Positions 35,317 to 46,798 of a stretch of 64,000 bases of DNA are shown here, piece by piece. How positions within the stretch are numbered: position 1 is the first letter of the stretch; each line of letters begins with the position of its first letter. The stretch is from Macrostomum lignano (Eukaryota), in NCBI GenBank assembly GCA_002269645.1, contig NIVC01000927.1:1-64000 (forward strand), in the 5' to 3' direction. The position numbers and the translations under genes are program-made. Under the pieces are notes generated by a model. It made no database searches. It had not been told where the DNA came from and was given only the letters and a program-made list of their open reading frames with translations.

Positions 35317-37993
35317 ATGGAAAATCCTGGTGAGCAAACGAGGTCAGATGGCATCACCCATGGAAACGAAGGCAGCGGAAGCAGCGGCGCTGGCAACATC
35401 ATCCCCACTGATGAGGAAACTTCGCTTCAAGCTGTTGTTGGCTCAGGGCAGCAGGTCAGGTTTTCTACTTGGCGTTTTTAGTGAGGACTAACCTCAGAGA
35501 AAGGGAGGAGGGAGAGGACCAGCCTCAGTGACAGAGAGAAAGAAGAGGACCAACCTCAGTGACAGAGAGAAAGAAGAGGACCAACCTCAGTGTCAGAGGG
35601 GAGGGAGAGGACCACCTCAGTGACAGAAGGGAGGGAGAGGACCAGCCTCAGTGACAGAGAGAAAGAAGAGGACCAACCTCAGTGACAGAGAGAAAAAAGA
35701 GGACCAACCTCAGTGTCAGAGGGGAGGGAGAGGACCACCTCAGTGACAGAAGGGAGGGAGAGGACCAACCTCAGTGACAGAGAGAAAGAAGAGGACCAAC
35801 CTCAGTGACAAAAGGGAGGGAGAGGACCAGCCTCAGTGACAGAGAGAAAGAAGAGGACCAACCTCAGTGACAAAAGGGAGGGAGAGGACCAGCCTCAGTG
35901 ACAGAGAGAAAGAAGAGGACCAACCTCAGTGTCAGAGGGGAGGGAGAGGACCAGCCTCAGTGACAGAGAGAAAGAAGAGGACCAACCTCAGTGACAAAAG
36001 GGAGGGAGAGGACCAGCCTCAGTGACAGAGAGAAAGAAGAGGACCAACCTCAGTGACAAAAGGGAGGGAGAGGACCAGCCTCAGTGACAGAGAGAAAGAA
36101 GAGGACCAACCTCAGTGTCAGAGGGGAGGGAGAGGACCAGCCTCAGTGACAGAGAGAAAGAAGAGGACCAACCTCAGTGACAGAGAAAGAAGAGGACCAA
36201 CCTCAGTGTCAGAGGGGAGGGAGAGGACCAGCCTCAGTGACAGAGAGAAAGAAGAGGACCAACCTCAGTGTCAGAGGGGAGGGAGAGGACCAGCCTCAGA
36301 GACAGAGAGAAAGAAGAGGACCAACCTCAGTGACAGAGAAAGAAGAGGACCAACCTCAGTGACAGAGAGAAAGAAGAGGACCAATCTCAGTGTCAGAGGG
36401 GAGGGAGAGGACCAACCTCAGTGACAAAAGGGAGGGAGAGGACCAACCTCAGTGTCAGAGGGAGGGAGAGGACCAACCTCAGTGACAGAGAAAGAAGAGG
36501 ACCAACCTCAGTGACAGAGAGAAAGAAGAGGACCAATCTCAGTGTCAGAGGGGAGGGAGAGGACCAACCTCAGTGACAAAAGGGAGGGAGAGGACCAACC
36601 TCAGTGTCAGAGGGGAGGGAGAGGACCAACCTCAGTGACAGAGAAAGAAGAGGACCAACCTCAGTGACAGAGAGAAAGAAGAGGACCAATCTCAGTGTCA
36701 GAGGGGAGGGAGAGGACCAACCTCAGTGACAAAAGGGAGGGAGAGGACCAGCCTCAGTGTCAGAGGGGAGAGGACCAACCTCAGTGACAGAAGGGAGGGA
36801 GAGGACCAGCCTCAGTGACAGAGAGAAAGAAGAGGACCAACCTCAGTAACAGAGAGAAAGAAGAGGACCAGCCTCAGTGACAGAGAGAAAGAAGAGGACC
36901 AACCTCAGTGTCAGAGGGAAAGAAGAGGACCAACCTCAGTGTCAGAGGGAAAGAAGAGGACCAGCCTCAGTGACAGAGAGAAAGAAGAGGACCAACCTCA
37001 GTGACAGAAGGGAGGGAGAGGACCAGCCTCAGTGTCAGAGGGGAGGGAGAGGACCAACCTCAGTGACAGAAGGGAGGGAGAGGACCAGCCTCAGTGACAG
37101 AGAGAAAGAAGAGGACCAACCTCAGTAACAGAGGAGGAAGAGGACCCGACGAAGAATGAACCAACTTTCTCAACTTCCAACAGGCCCAAGTCACCGAGCG
37201 TCGTGAATCGCCAATAGAAAGCGGTGGCAGAGCAGACCGGTTGTCATCTCTGAAGGACAAGGACAGAGAAATCCAGTCCCTAATTGACCAGATAAAGTCA
37301 CTGACTGCAGAGAATAGCCGACTCCAACAAGCCAATGCCAATTTAGCCAAAGAGCTGCAGCACAGCAGATCCGAGGTGCGACTACTTCTAGACAGATTGG
37401 ACAAATTGAATGCTAGAATCGGCCGCCTGGACAACAGGCCAAATGCCGTAGATCTGGCTTCGGACAGCCTTTGTTGCGTCTGCGGCCCAGGCCTGGCCAC
37501 AGAGCCTCAAGACTGTTCCGACAGACGCAACAATGTCTCCGCAAGCCATTGGCTAGATGCGGCATCCAGAAAGATGATCAATAGTCAGATTGCACTGCTG
37601 GACGCCAGAGCTAAGCAGCTGGGCGAGCCTCATCAGTTTGTTGAGAGCTACAGCTCATTAACAACTGCAGACGCAGAGTTGTCTAGCAGGGCGCCGGGTA
37701 CACCGGACGGTGGGTCGGAATCGCCGAGCTCTTCTCAGCAGAGCATCGAAAGGCGAATGAGGTCGCTGGACGATCGCATTCAAGAACTGATCGGCAAGCG
37801 ACCCTACGGAACAGGGCTAGCAGATGATGCCGAATGCTCGGGAGGAATAGCGACATCAACTCCGATGGTGTCTAGTCGGCCATTTCCTGCGGTTGAGTCC
37901 ATGTCTGGCGCGGATAGTGTCCTTGGACCGAACCGCATCTACAAGGGTGCTATTGATGAGCCGAGCCAGGACGATACTATGCAGCCACCCTAG
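35317..37993 (+). CDS. Uncharacterised coiled-coil protein, ~315 aa
   Basis: Exon 35317-35454 (ATG, donor GTCAGG) and exon 37184-37993 (acceptor CTTTCTCAACTTCCAACAG), phase 0; heptad-like LKDKDREIQSLIDQIKSLTAENSRLQQANANLAKELQ. No family recognised. Confidence 0.62.
35480..37135. repeat. 31-bp purine-rich minisatellite filling the coiled-coil gene intron
   Basis: Unit AGGACCA(A/G)CCTCAGTG followed by ACAGAGAGAAAGAAG, TCAGAGGGGAGGGAG or ACAAAAGGGAGGGAG; ~53 copies. Confidence 0.95.
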
Positions 37994-38235
37994 TGCGTGA
38001 CCTATGCGTTATGTAACATATTCTGTGTAGTTTGAATGACAAGATCAACTAACCGATTCATTATAAAAATTCACTCAATTAGAATCAGAAGTCTTTTTCT
38101 TCTCGGTTTTCTAAATTTTATTTTCACTTGTCGTTGCTGCTACTATAAGTAGGCATCCGGATAGGAAAAGCTAAAATTTACGTTTGTTTCCCCATATTTT
38201 TCTGGCGTGGAATTGTTTTCATTTAGTAACAGAAC

Positions 38236-38601
38236 CAAGGACTACTTAAGTAGGACGGGACACTCCGTTTCTTAGAACATGGTTATGAGGCTGGTTTTCA
38301 CCGAAGAGTACACTACGGAGATAAGTTATCATTTTTTCAGCACAAAAATTGTTATTGCTTTCGATAGGATAGGACAGTTGCCTTTCTTATAGCCCTGTTG
38401 ATATTCATAAAGCTTTTCGTTCAGAAAATCAGGATTCTACTCGTATTTTCCATGCATTTTTACGATTTTTAGGTACAGGAAATCTACGTAGATGAAAAAT
38501 GAAAACTTCCTATCTCCGTAGTGTGTTTTTCGGCGAAAACCAGCTTCATAAACATTTTCTAAGAAACGCAGTGTCCCGTCCTTCTACTTGAGTAGTCCTT
38601 G
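38236..38601. mobile_element. MITE with ~100-bp imperfect terminal inverted repeats
   Basis: CAAGGACTACTTAAGTAGGACGGGACACT... at the left and ...AGTGTCCCGTCCTTCTACTTGAGTAGTCCTTG at the right; flanks AGAAC/AGAAT; related copies at ~47060 and ~52100. Confidence 0.82.
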
Positions 38602-38866
38602 AGAATAACATAGCAACTAAAATGTGAAACTTTATTAAATTAGTTATTTCAACAAAAGAGAAATAACAAGGCTGCAATATTCAACAAATAGGGATTATTA
38701 ATCAAGACAAACATCGGTTACAAAACGCAGCTAGAGAGTTCATAAAGCGGTGAAGTATATTTGATATAGAAATTTGTTACATAAAGAGCTACAAAACAGA
38801 ATAAAAGCACTTCAGGTGTTGGAAAATCAAATTACTGAAACTACAGATAATAATGAGTGCATTGAA

Positions 38867-40503
38867 CTAAGCAAGCCAAAGCTTCAGGCGAAAGGCGTCA
38901 ACACCGTTGAGATAATAGCGAATTAGGCGCTTATCCCTGATGAAGCCCAGCCTCTCGTACAGGTTGAGAGCCGCTCCGTTTGTCACTTCGGTTTCCAGCA
39001 CCACCTCTGTGCAGCCCTGCTGCTGCAGGCTGGCAAGGGCCAGGCGGACCAGGTGACTGCCGATGCGGCGCCTGCGGTGAATGGCGGCCAGTGACAGAAT
39101 GCAGACAGTTCACACATCTAGTGGAGGCCGCGTGACCGACACTTCTATCTGGTGTGACAGATATCGCCACTTGGTGTGGCTGAAATCTCTTTTTGTTGTG
39201 ATCGACACCACTATTTCGCGTGACTAACGTCTCTATCTGGTGTGACCGACATCTATTTAGTGTGATCGTCATATCTACTTCGTGTGACCGACATTCTTTT
39301 TGGTGAAACATCTGCATTTGATCTGACAGACATCTCCATTTAGTGTGATCGACATCTTAAGTTCGTGTGATTCAAGTCTTTATTACATGTCTCTATTTGG
39401 TGTGACTGAAATCTTTATTTCTTGTGAACGAAATCTCTATTTCTTGTGACTGACCTATCTATTTAGTGTGACCGACAGCTTCATTTCATGTGACCGACAT
39501 CTCTATTAGGTATGACCGACATTTCTATTAGATGTGACCTACATCTCTTTTAGGTGTGACCGACATTTCTATTAGATGTGACCTACATCTCTATTAGGTA
39601 TGACCGACATTTCTATTAGATGTGACCGACATTTCTATTAGATGTGACCGACATCTCTATTTAGTGTGACCGACATCTCTATTTCGTGTGACCGACATCT
39701 CTGTTAGATGTGACCTACATCTCTATTAGGTGTGACCGACATTTCTATTAGATGTGACCGACATCTCTATTAGGTATGACCGACATTTCTATTAGATGTG
39801 ACCGACATCTCTATTTGGTGTGACTGACATCTTTATTTCGTGTGAACAACATCTCTATTTAGTGTGACCGACATCTCTATTTCGTGTGACCGACATTTCT
39901 ATTAGATGTGACCGACATCTCTATTAGGTATGACCGACATTTCTATTAGATGTGACCGACATCTCTATTAGGTATGACCGACATTTCTATTAGATGTGAC
40001 CGACATCTCTATTAGGTATGACCGACATTTCTATTAGATGTGACCGACATCTCTATTAGGTATGACCGACATTTCTATTAGATGTGACCGACATCTCTAT
40101 TAGGTATGACCGACATTTCTATCTGGTGTGACTGACGTCATTATTTGGCGCGATCGGCGCCACTCCCTGGCGTGACGGGCACAGCTACAAGCTAAATATT
40201 GCGCACAACAGTCAGTGTGAAGCCTCACCGCCTGAACGCGGGCTCCACAGCCAGCATGGCAATGTATCCGCGCAGATGCCCCATCCTGTGCTGGTCCAGT
40301 TTTCCCACAATGACCCCGGCGCAGCGGCCAGTGTCGGCATCGTAGGCCAGGTAGCAGAGCTCCGGCCAATTGTGTATGAAATATCGATAAGTGTACACAG
40401 AGTAGGGCTCGGACAATTCGCTAGTTATCTGTCCGACAATGTCCGGCAGGTCAAGCTCGGATTTGTAGGGCCGGTAGCGCACGCCTTCGTGCACTTCTTC
40501 CAT
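38867..40503 (-). CDS. NAA30: N-alpha-acetyltransferase 30 (NatC catalytic subunit, MAK3), ~159 aa
   Basis: Exons 40503-40229 and 39071-38867 (phase 2). Motifs LSEPYSVYTYRYFIHNWP, RGYIAMLAV, EVVLETEVTN..ALNLYERLGF.RDKRL.RYYLNGVDAFRLKLWL. Confidence 0.95.
39130..40135. repeat. 22-bp minisatellite filling the NAA30 intron
   Basis: Unit TGTGACCGACATCTCTATTAGA and variants, increasingly degenerate towards 39130. Confidence 0.9.
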
Positions 40504-41134
40504 CTGGCCGCGTAGGGGTGGCGGAGGCTTCAGTTTTGCTTACTAACTGCCTGTCACGTGACGCTGAAAGTGGAGAAAATCAATAGAGAAATTAAATCTT
40601 TGTACATATTACTGAGTTGAATCAGTAGCATATTAAGTAACAACTTCAATATACAGTGTTGTAAAAAAATTAAAAGGAAGGAAAAGCATTGACACATTCC
40701 GAGAAATTGATAACATACTTCATAATCAGGTTTGTTTATGACAAAGTTGAACCAATAAATACAAAGTGAGTAAACAAGAGCACAAGACAGTGTAGGCAAT
40801 TACTTCGCTAGGTAAGTTCCAGATCGAACAATTAGAACGGGAAGCAGGATACACAGATAGCTCTACTCTATTGTCTAGGTAATTAATCAATTAGCACTCG
40901 CAGACAAATAGCTTAGGGCAGAACGGACTGGGGATGCAGGAAATGCAGCAGGAGAAAAAACTTCAGTCTCTGGCTAGATCTGGAATACGCTTTGCTGTAC
41001 CGGACTGCTTTGCTTAGTTAAGCTTCGCGTTTAAAAGCTTCCTTTGACCTTGACGTGTACTCAGTTGAGAACTACATACTAATGTAAGGTTAAATTTCGC
41101 AGCCTGAGGATCCGGGAGGGCGGCGATGAACCGA

Positions 41135-41256
41135 CAACTGAGGATCTGGGAGGCTGGCCCGGCAACTGAGGATCTGGGAGGCTGGCCCGGCAACTGAGGA
41201 TCTGGGAGGCTGGCCCGGCAACTGAGGATCTGGGAGGCTGGCCCGGCAACTGAGGA
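41135..41256. repeat. 28-bp minisatellite (dispersed family)
   Basis: Unit AACTGAGGATCTGGGAGGCTGGCCCGGC, ~4 copies; related units at 48065-48430 and ~49713. Confidence 0.85.
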
Positions 41257-41363
41257 CCGACTGTGAAAGGGTAGCGGCCAGCCAAGCCCAAGCCACAAAC
41301 CCTGGCGAAGCTCAAGCATCATCAAGTCTAAGAGAATGTCTATTAGAAAGCTATACAAAACGC

Positions 41364-41918
41364 AATCCAGCAGCGGATAGACTAGCAATCCAGCAGCGGA
41401 TAGACAAGCAATCCAGCAGCGGATAGACTAGCAATCCAGCAGCGGATAGACTAGCAATCCAGCAGCGGATAGACTAGCAATCCAGCAGCGGATAGACTAG
41501 CAATCCAGCAGCGGATAGACTAGCAATCCAGCAGCGGATAGACTAGCAATCCAGCAGCGGATAGACTAGCAATCCAGCAGCGGATAGACTAGCAATCCAG
41601 CAGCGGATAGACTAGCAATCCAGCAGCGGATAGACTAGCAATCCAGCAGCGGATAGACTAGCAATCCAGCAGCGGATAGACTAGCAATCCAGCAGCGGAT
41701 AGACTAGCAATCCAGCAGCGGATAGACTAGCAATCCAGCAGCGGATAGACTAGCAATCCAGCAGCGGATAGACTAGCAATCCAGCAGCGGATAGACTAGC
41801 AATCCAGCAGCGGATAGACTAGCAATCCAGCAGCGGATAGACTAGCAATCCAGCAGCGGATAGACTAGCAATCCAGCAGCGGATAGACTAGCAATCCAGC
41901 AGCGGATAGAGTAGCAAT
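41364..41918. repeat. 23-bp minisatellite immediately downstream of the PARL stop codon
   Basis: Unit CTAGCAATCCAGCAGCGGATAGA, ~24 near-perfect copies. Confidence 0.95.
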
Positions 41919-41928
41919 ATCCAGCAAT

Positions 41929-44900
41929 TCACTTCCCCCCAGAGACGGCCCGCTTCAGTCTCATCCAGCAGCCCAGCGCCAAATCACCCCAGCGCAGCCA
42001 CAGCCAGGGCCGCAGCCCGTTAGCATAGGCGGTTCCGAATGCCGAGCCGCCAAGATGAGCGGCGTGCGACAAGCCCAGGTCGAACAGGCGGCACAGGCCG
42101 GCAACATCAAAGGCCACCATAGCTAGGAATGCATTGTAGGCGGTGAATTGCAGATCGGGGAACAGGCTGCTGATGAGCACCAGGCCAACTTTAGCGTCGG
42201 GATTAGTGATGGCGGTGTAAGCAAAGATGCCGAGTAGGCAGCCGCTAGCGCCGATGCAGGGCAGCGACGGGATTAGGGCGGCGTGCATGAAGCCGGCGCA
42301 CAGGCCTGCGGGAGTGCATCGATTATAATTGATGGCAATTGACTTCAATGGTTAAGTACAGTATAGTACTAATAAATTTGATATCGCCTACTAACAAGTA
42401 GAGTTGTTTTTTCAACGACTGTTTAGCGATTTTTGTCACGGTATCGTTTCCAACGGGTGAGGCTTCTAAATTCTTATGGCAACTACTACGAGTACAACCA
42501 AGGTTCCATACATACCGACATTTAAATATCAACTTTTAAATTGAGGCGCCTTCATCACAAGCCTACTACGAATAGTATCTGCTTTGTCAGACGTTCTCCT
42601 CAGCTGCTATATCAGACATTCATACATTTGTGATACATATTTGCAGGAGTGCTGTGGACACCCTAGCACCATAGAGCTGAGGCAATTCTGCCTATTCCAC
42701 TGACTGCTGAGCACATTCAAGCTCGCCAATACTGTACACAAAACAACACAACATCATGACACCCTCACGGTAAATTGATGTGGTCACGCACCGAATCGAA
42801 CCAGGGGTCGTGGCGCGAGAGTTCCGCGTTTACCACTGAGCTGCTTATTGATATTTTATAAATAAATATCTTGGAGACGGAATAGCTGAGATGTCCAGGC
42901 TCATGGGGGGAATTGCTGAGATGTCCAGGCTCATGGGGGGAATTGCTGAGATGTCCAGGCTCATGGGGGGAATTGCTGAGATGTCCAGGCTCATGGGGGG
43001 AATTGGTGAGATGTCCAGGCTCATGGGGGGAATTGGTGAGATGTCCAGGCTCATGGGGGGAATTGCTGAGATGTCCAGGCTCATGGGGGGAATTGGTGAG
43101 ATGTCCAGGCTCATGGGGGGAATTGGTGAGATGTCCAGGCTCATGGGGGGAATTGCTGAGATGTCCAGGCTCATGGGGGGAATTGCTGAGATGTCCAGGC
43201 TCATGGGGAATTGCTGAGATGTCCAGGCTCATGGGGGAATTGCTGAGATGTCCAGGCTCATGGGGGGAATTGCTGAGATGTCAAGGCTCATGGGGGGAAT
43301 TGCTGAGATGTCAAGGCTCATGGGGGATTGCTGAGATGTCCAGGCTCATGGGGGGAATTGCTGAGATGTCCAGGCTCATGGGGGGAATTGCTGAGATGTC
43401 CAGGCTCATGGGGGAATTGCTGAGATGTCCAGGCTCATGGGGGAATTGCTGAGATGTCAAGGCTCATGGGGGAATTGCTGAGATGTCAAGGCTCATGGGG
43501 GAATTGCTGAGATGTCCAGGCTCATGGGGGATTGCTGAGATGTCCAGGCTTATGGGGGAATTGCTGAGATGTCCAGGCTCATGGGGGAATTGCTGAGATG
43601 TCCAGGCTCATGGGGGAATTGCTGAGATGTCCAGGCTCATGGGGGATTGCTGAGATGTCCAGGCTCATGGGGGATTGCTGAGATGTCCAGGCTCATGGGG
43701 GATTGCTGAGATGTCCAGGCTCATGGGGGGAATTGCTGAGATGTCCAGGCTCATGGGGGAATTGCTGAGATGTCCAGGCTCATGGGGGATTGCTGAGATG
43801 TCCAGGCTCATGGGGGGAATTGCTGAGATGTCCAGGCTCATGGGGGATTGCTGAGATGTCCAGGCTCATGGGGGATTGCTGAGATGTCCAGGCTCATGGG
43901 GGGAATTGCTGAGATGTCCAGACTCATGGGGGATTGCTGAGATGTCCAGGCTCATGGGGGATTGCTGAGATGTCCAGACTCATGGGGGATTGCTGAGATG
44001 TCCAGGCTCATGGGGGATTGCTGAGATGTCCAGGCTCATGGGGAATTGCTAAGATGATAAGAAACAATCGGGAGTTGATGGTAGGCCATGAAAGAGTTAG
44101 AAGAACCTGAAGGGAGGCTTTGCTTTAAAGTGATTGTAAAGTCAGTGCAAAGTTTAATAATTATGCTGAAACAAAAAGATAATATATAGATAAAAACTTC
44201 AGCAGAAGCCTCACCCGAGCAGGCGTACAGACAGAGGAACTCTTCGGGAGATCCCAACTGAGCTGTCAGAGCCGGTGCAAAACTGTGCAGTACAAGCATG
44301 TTAACTAGCAGGTGCAGCCAGTGCTGGTGACTGAACATGGATCCAATGAGCGACAGGGGGCCAAGCCGGCTAGGCCACAGCATGGCCCAGCGGTTCAGCA
44401 CAGGCCGAGCGGCTGGCAGCTGCCACAGCAGGAAAACAATTGCATTGACTCCAATCAGTGCGTAGGCGTGCATGGGATAGTGGCGCCAATCACTTGGCAA
44501 CCAGCGCCGGACGTCCAGGCCGCCGTCACCAATCAGACCGCCTGCCGTTCCTGAAATTATCGATTGGAACAGTGTCAGTAATGCATGGGACAGTGTCAGT
44601 AATGCATAGGACAGTGTCAGTAATGCACAGGACAGTGTCAGTAATGCACAGGACAGTGTCAGTAATGCATGGAACAGTGTCAGTAATGCACAGGACAGTG
44701 TCAGTAATGCATGGGACAGTGTCAGTAATGCATAGGACAGTGTCAGTAATGCACAGGACAGTGTCAGTAATGCACAGGACAGTGTCAGTAATGCATGGAA
44801 CAGTGTCAGTAATGCACAGGACAGTGTCAGTAATGCATGGGACAGTGTCAGTAATGCATAGGACAGTGTCAGTAATGCATAGGACAGTGTCAGTAATGCA

Positions 44901-45458
44901 CAGGACAGTGTCAGTAATGCACAGGATAGTGTCAGTAATGCATGGAACAGTGTCAGTAATGCACAGGACAGTGTCAGTAATGCATGGGACAGTGTCAGTA
45001 ATGCATAGGACAGTGTCAGTAATGCATAGGACAGTGTCAGTAATGCACAGGACAGTGTCAGTAATGCACAGGACAGTGTCAGTAATGCATGGGACAGTGT
45101 CAGTAATGCATGGGACAGTGTCAGTAATGCACAGGACAGTGTCAGTAATGCACAGGACAGTGAAGACATTCCGCCCCTCACCCTTGAGCCGCTCGTACAG
45201 GGACACCCGGCCAACAGCGAAGGTCGCCAGTCCGAGCCCGGCGCAGGTGACTCCGCCGCGGATCAGCCGCCTGCCAGCGCTGCTAGTTGACGTCGAGGAA
45301 CTGCTGCTTGACGAATAAGTGGACTTCGGCGAAGTTAGCCGACGTCGAGACAGATTTCGTAGCAGAATCAGCGCCGGCTGGGGTGGCCGACCGCCGCTGC
45401 GGAGGCCTGTCACGAGAATTCGCTGGCCGCAGTGCTGCATCAGGTAGGAGGGAGACAT
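41929..45458 (-). CDS. PARL: Mitochondrial-type rhomboid protease (PARL-like), ~329 aa
   Basis: Exons 45458-45182, 44550-44215, 42305-41929 (both introns phase 1; 990 nt). R/S-rich presequence-like N-terminus; SMFSH..WLHLLVNM; catalytic GASG and HAAHLGG motifs. Confidence 0.85.
42882..44052. repeat. 29-30-bp minisatellite in PARL intron 2 (GCTCATGGGGG family)
   Basis: Unit GCTCATGGGGG(G)AATTGCTGAGATGTCCAG, ~40 copies with variable G-run length. Confidence 0.95.
44568..45162. repeat. 21-bp minisatellite filling PARL intron 1
   Basis: Unit GACAGTGTCAGTAATGCA(C/T)(A/G)G, ~28 copies between donor 45181 and acceptor 44551. Confidence 0.95.
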
Positions 45459-46798
45459 TGTTTAAGGTTTTATTAAAATTACGCTACTAACAGTAGGCCA
45501 TAACTAGTAGAATAACTAGATGGGCCACTTAGCACATTTGCGTGTAAGCTACTTTCAGTTCAGTAGTATGCTAAACAGAAGCATTTTAATGTATTTTAAA
45601 GTCAAAGCTCATTTATTGGCTGTTACCCCCCCCCCAGCATAAACCCTCCAACGCACCATTCCACACTACCCCCCGCCCCGCCCCAACTTTTAATGACTAT
45701 CTCGGAATTCCACCCGAAAGCGGCCATGTACATTTCAGTGGACTGGCTAATGTACATTAGCTCGTATTGCTGAACCAATTAGCAAGTTGTTTACGCCTGC
45801 AAGCTTGGGCTTCTAAACTTATCGGTCATTTTAACAGCCCTTATTTTAATAAAATAGCCTATGTATTCTTCTTTGCTACTGAAAGGAATTTCTGCATTTT
45901 CTCTTTAATAATAACTCTACACTATCATATAGCAGGGTGAACTGTAACTTAAATTCTAAGGTAAAAAATAGACTTGAAAAACTCGATCTAGCATAACAGC
46001 TTCATGATAATTTATTATAGAAGAAAACATTTTAACTATTTGTGTTTAAGTTTTTTATTTGCTAAAAATGTTTGTCAAAAAATCTTCGTAAAGCTATGCT
46101 ACTTAATGCTTTGAAAACACGGGGGAAGGTCTAGCATAAGAGCTCGAGAAATAGATAAATAGGCAACAGAAACTTCTAAGGGCAGTTAAAAAGGTGACTT
46201 AGAAAGAAACACGCAAAAAAGTTCGTTACAAACCGCAACAGAAATGAGGCCTAATTACTGCGTATAGCCTACTAAAAGTAGTATAAAAATGAGTGTATAA
46301 TAAATAGCAAATAAGCCAGAAAACACAAAATGCTAGACATTAGTAACAATATAATATAGTAAATAATATCGAATGACGCAGAACAGGGAAATATTGCACT
46401 TAACAGATTAAGTCATGCAGGTTAATAGTCAAGTCTAACAATCATTATTGATCTTTATATGGGAAAATAATTATTTGTAATGTTTTGCCTGAAGACAATA
46501 GGGAGATTACAGCTGACACAGTAATAAGCTGCCCAGGCTGAAGGGAAGATACAACAGAATTGGAGCTTAATATTGACATTTTAAACGTAAAAAGTTTACA
46601 CAGATTTTAATATAGAATTGCACAACGATTACCTATAATAATAATATAATAATATGAGTTCGATATGATCCGGCTCTTACTGTGGCGATCGCTAAACATT
46701 TTATAACCTTCATATAGATCTCAATCGTAAAGCCACCATCTCAGAATTCCTATGGATTCTCAAGTCTATAAAAGCAAACACCATCAGAAGTTGAGTGC

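Noticed and set aside
44036-45458. PARL with an in-exon repeat expansion (LLTLSCA or CITDTV repeats)
   Set aside because: Canonical donor (45181) and acceptor (44551) remove the array in phase; the 631-nt intron is not a multiple of 3.
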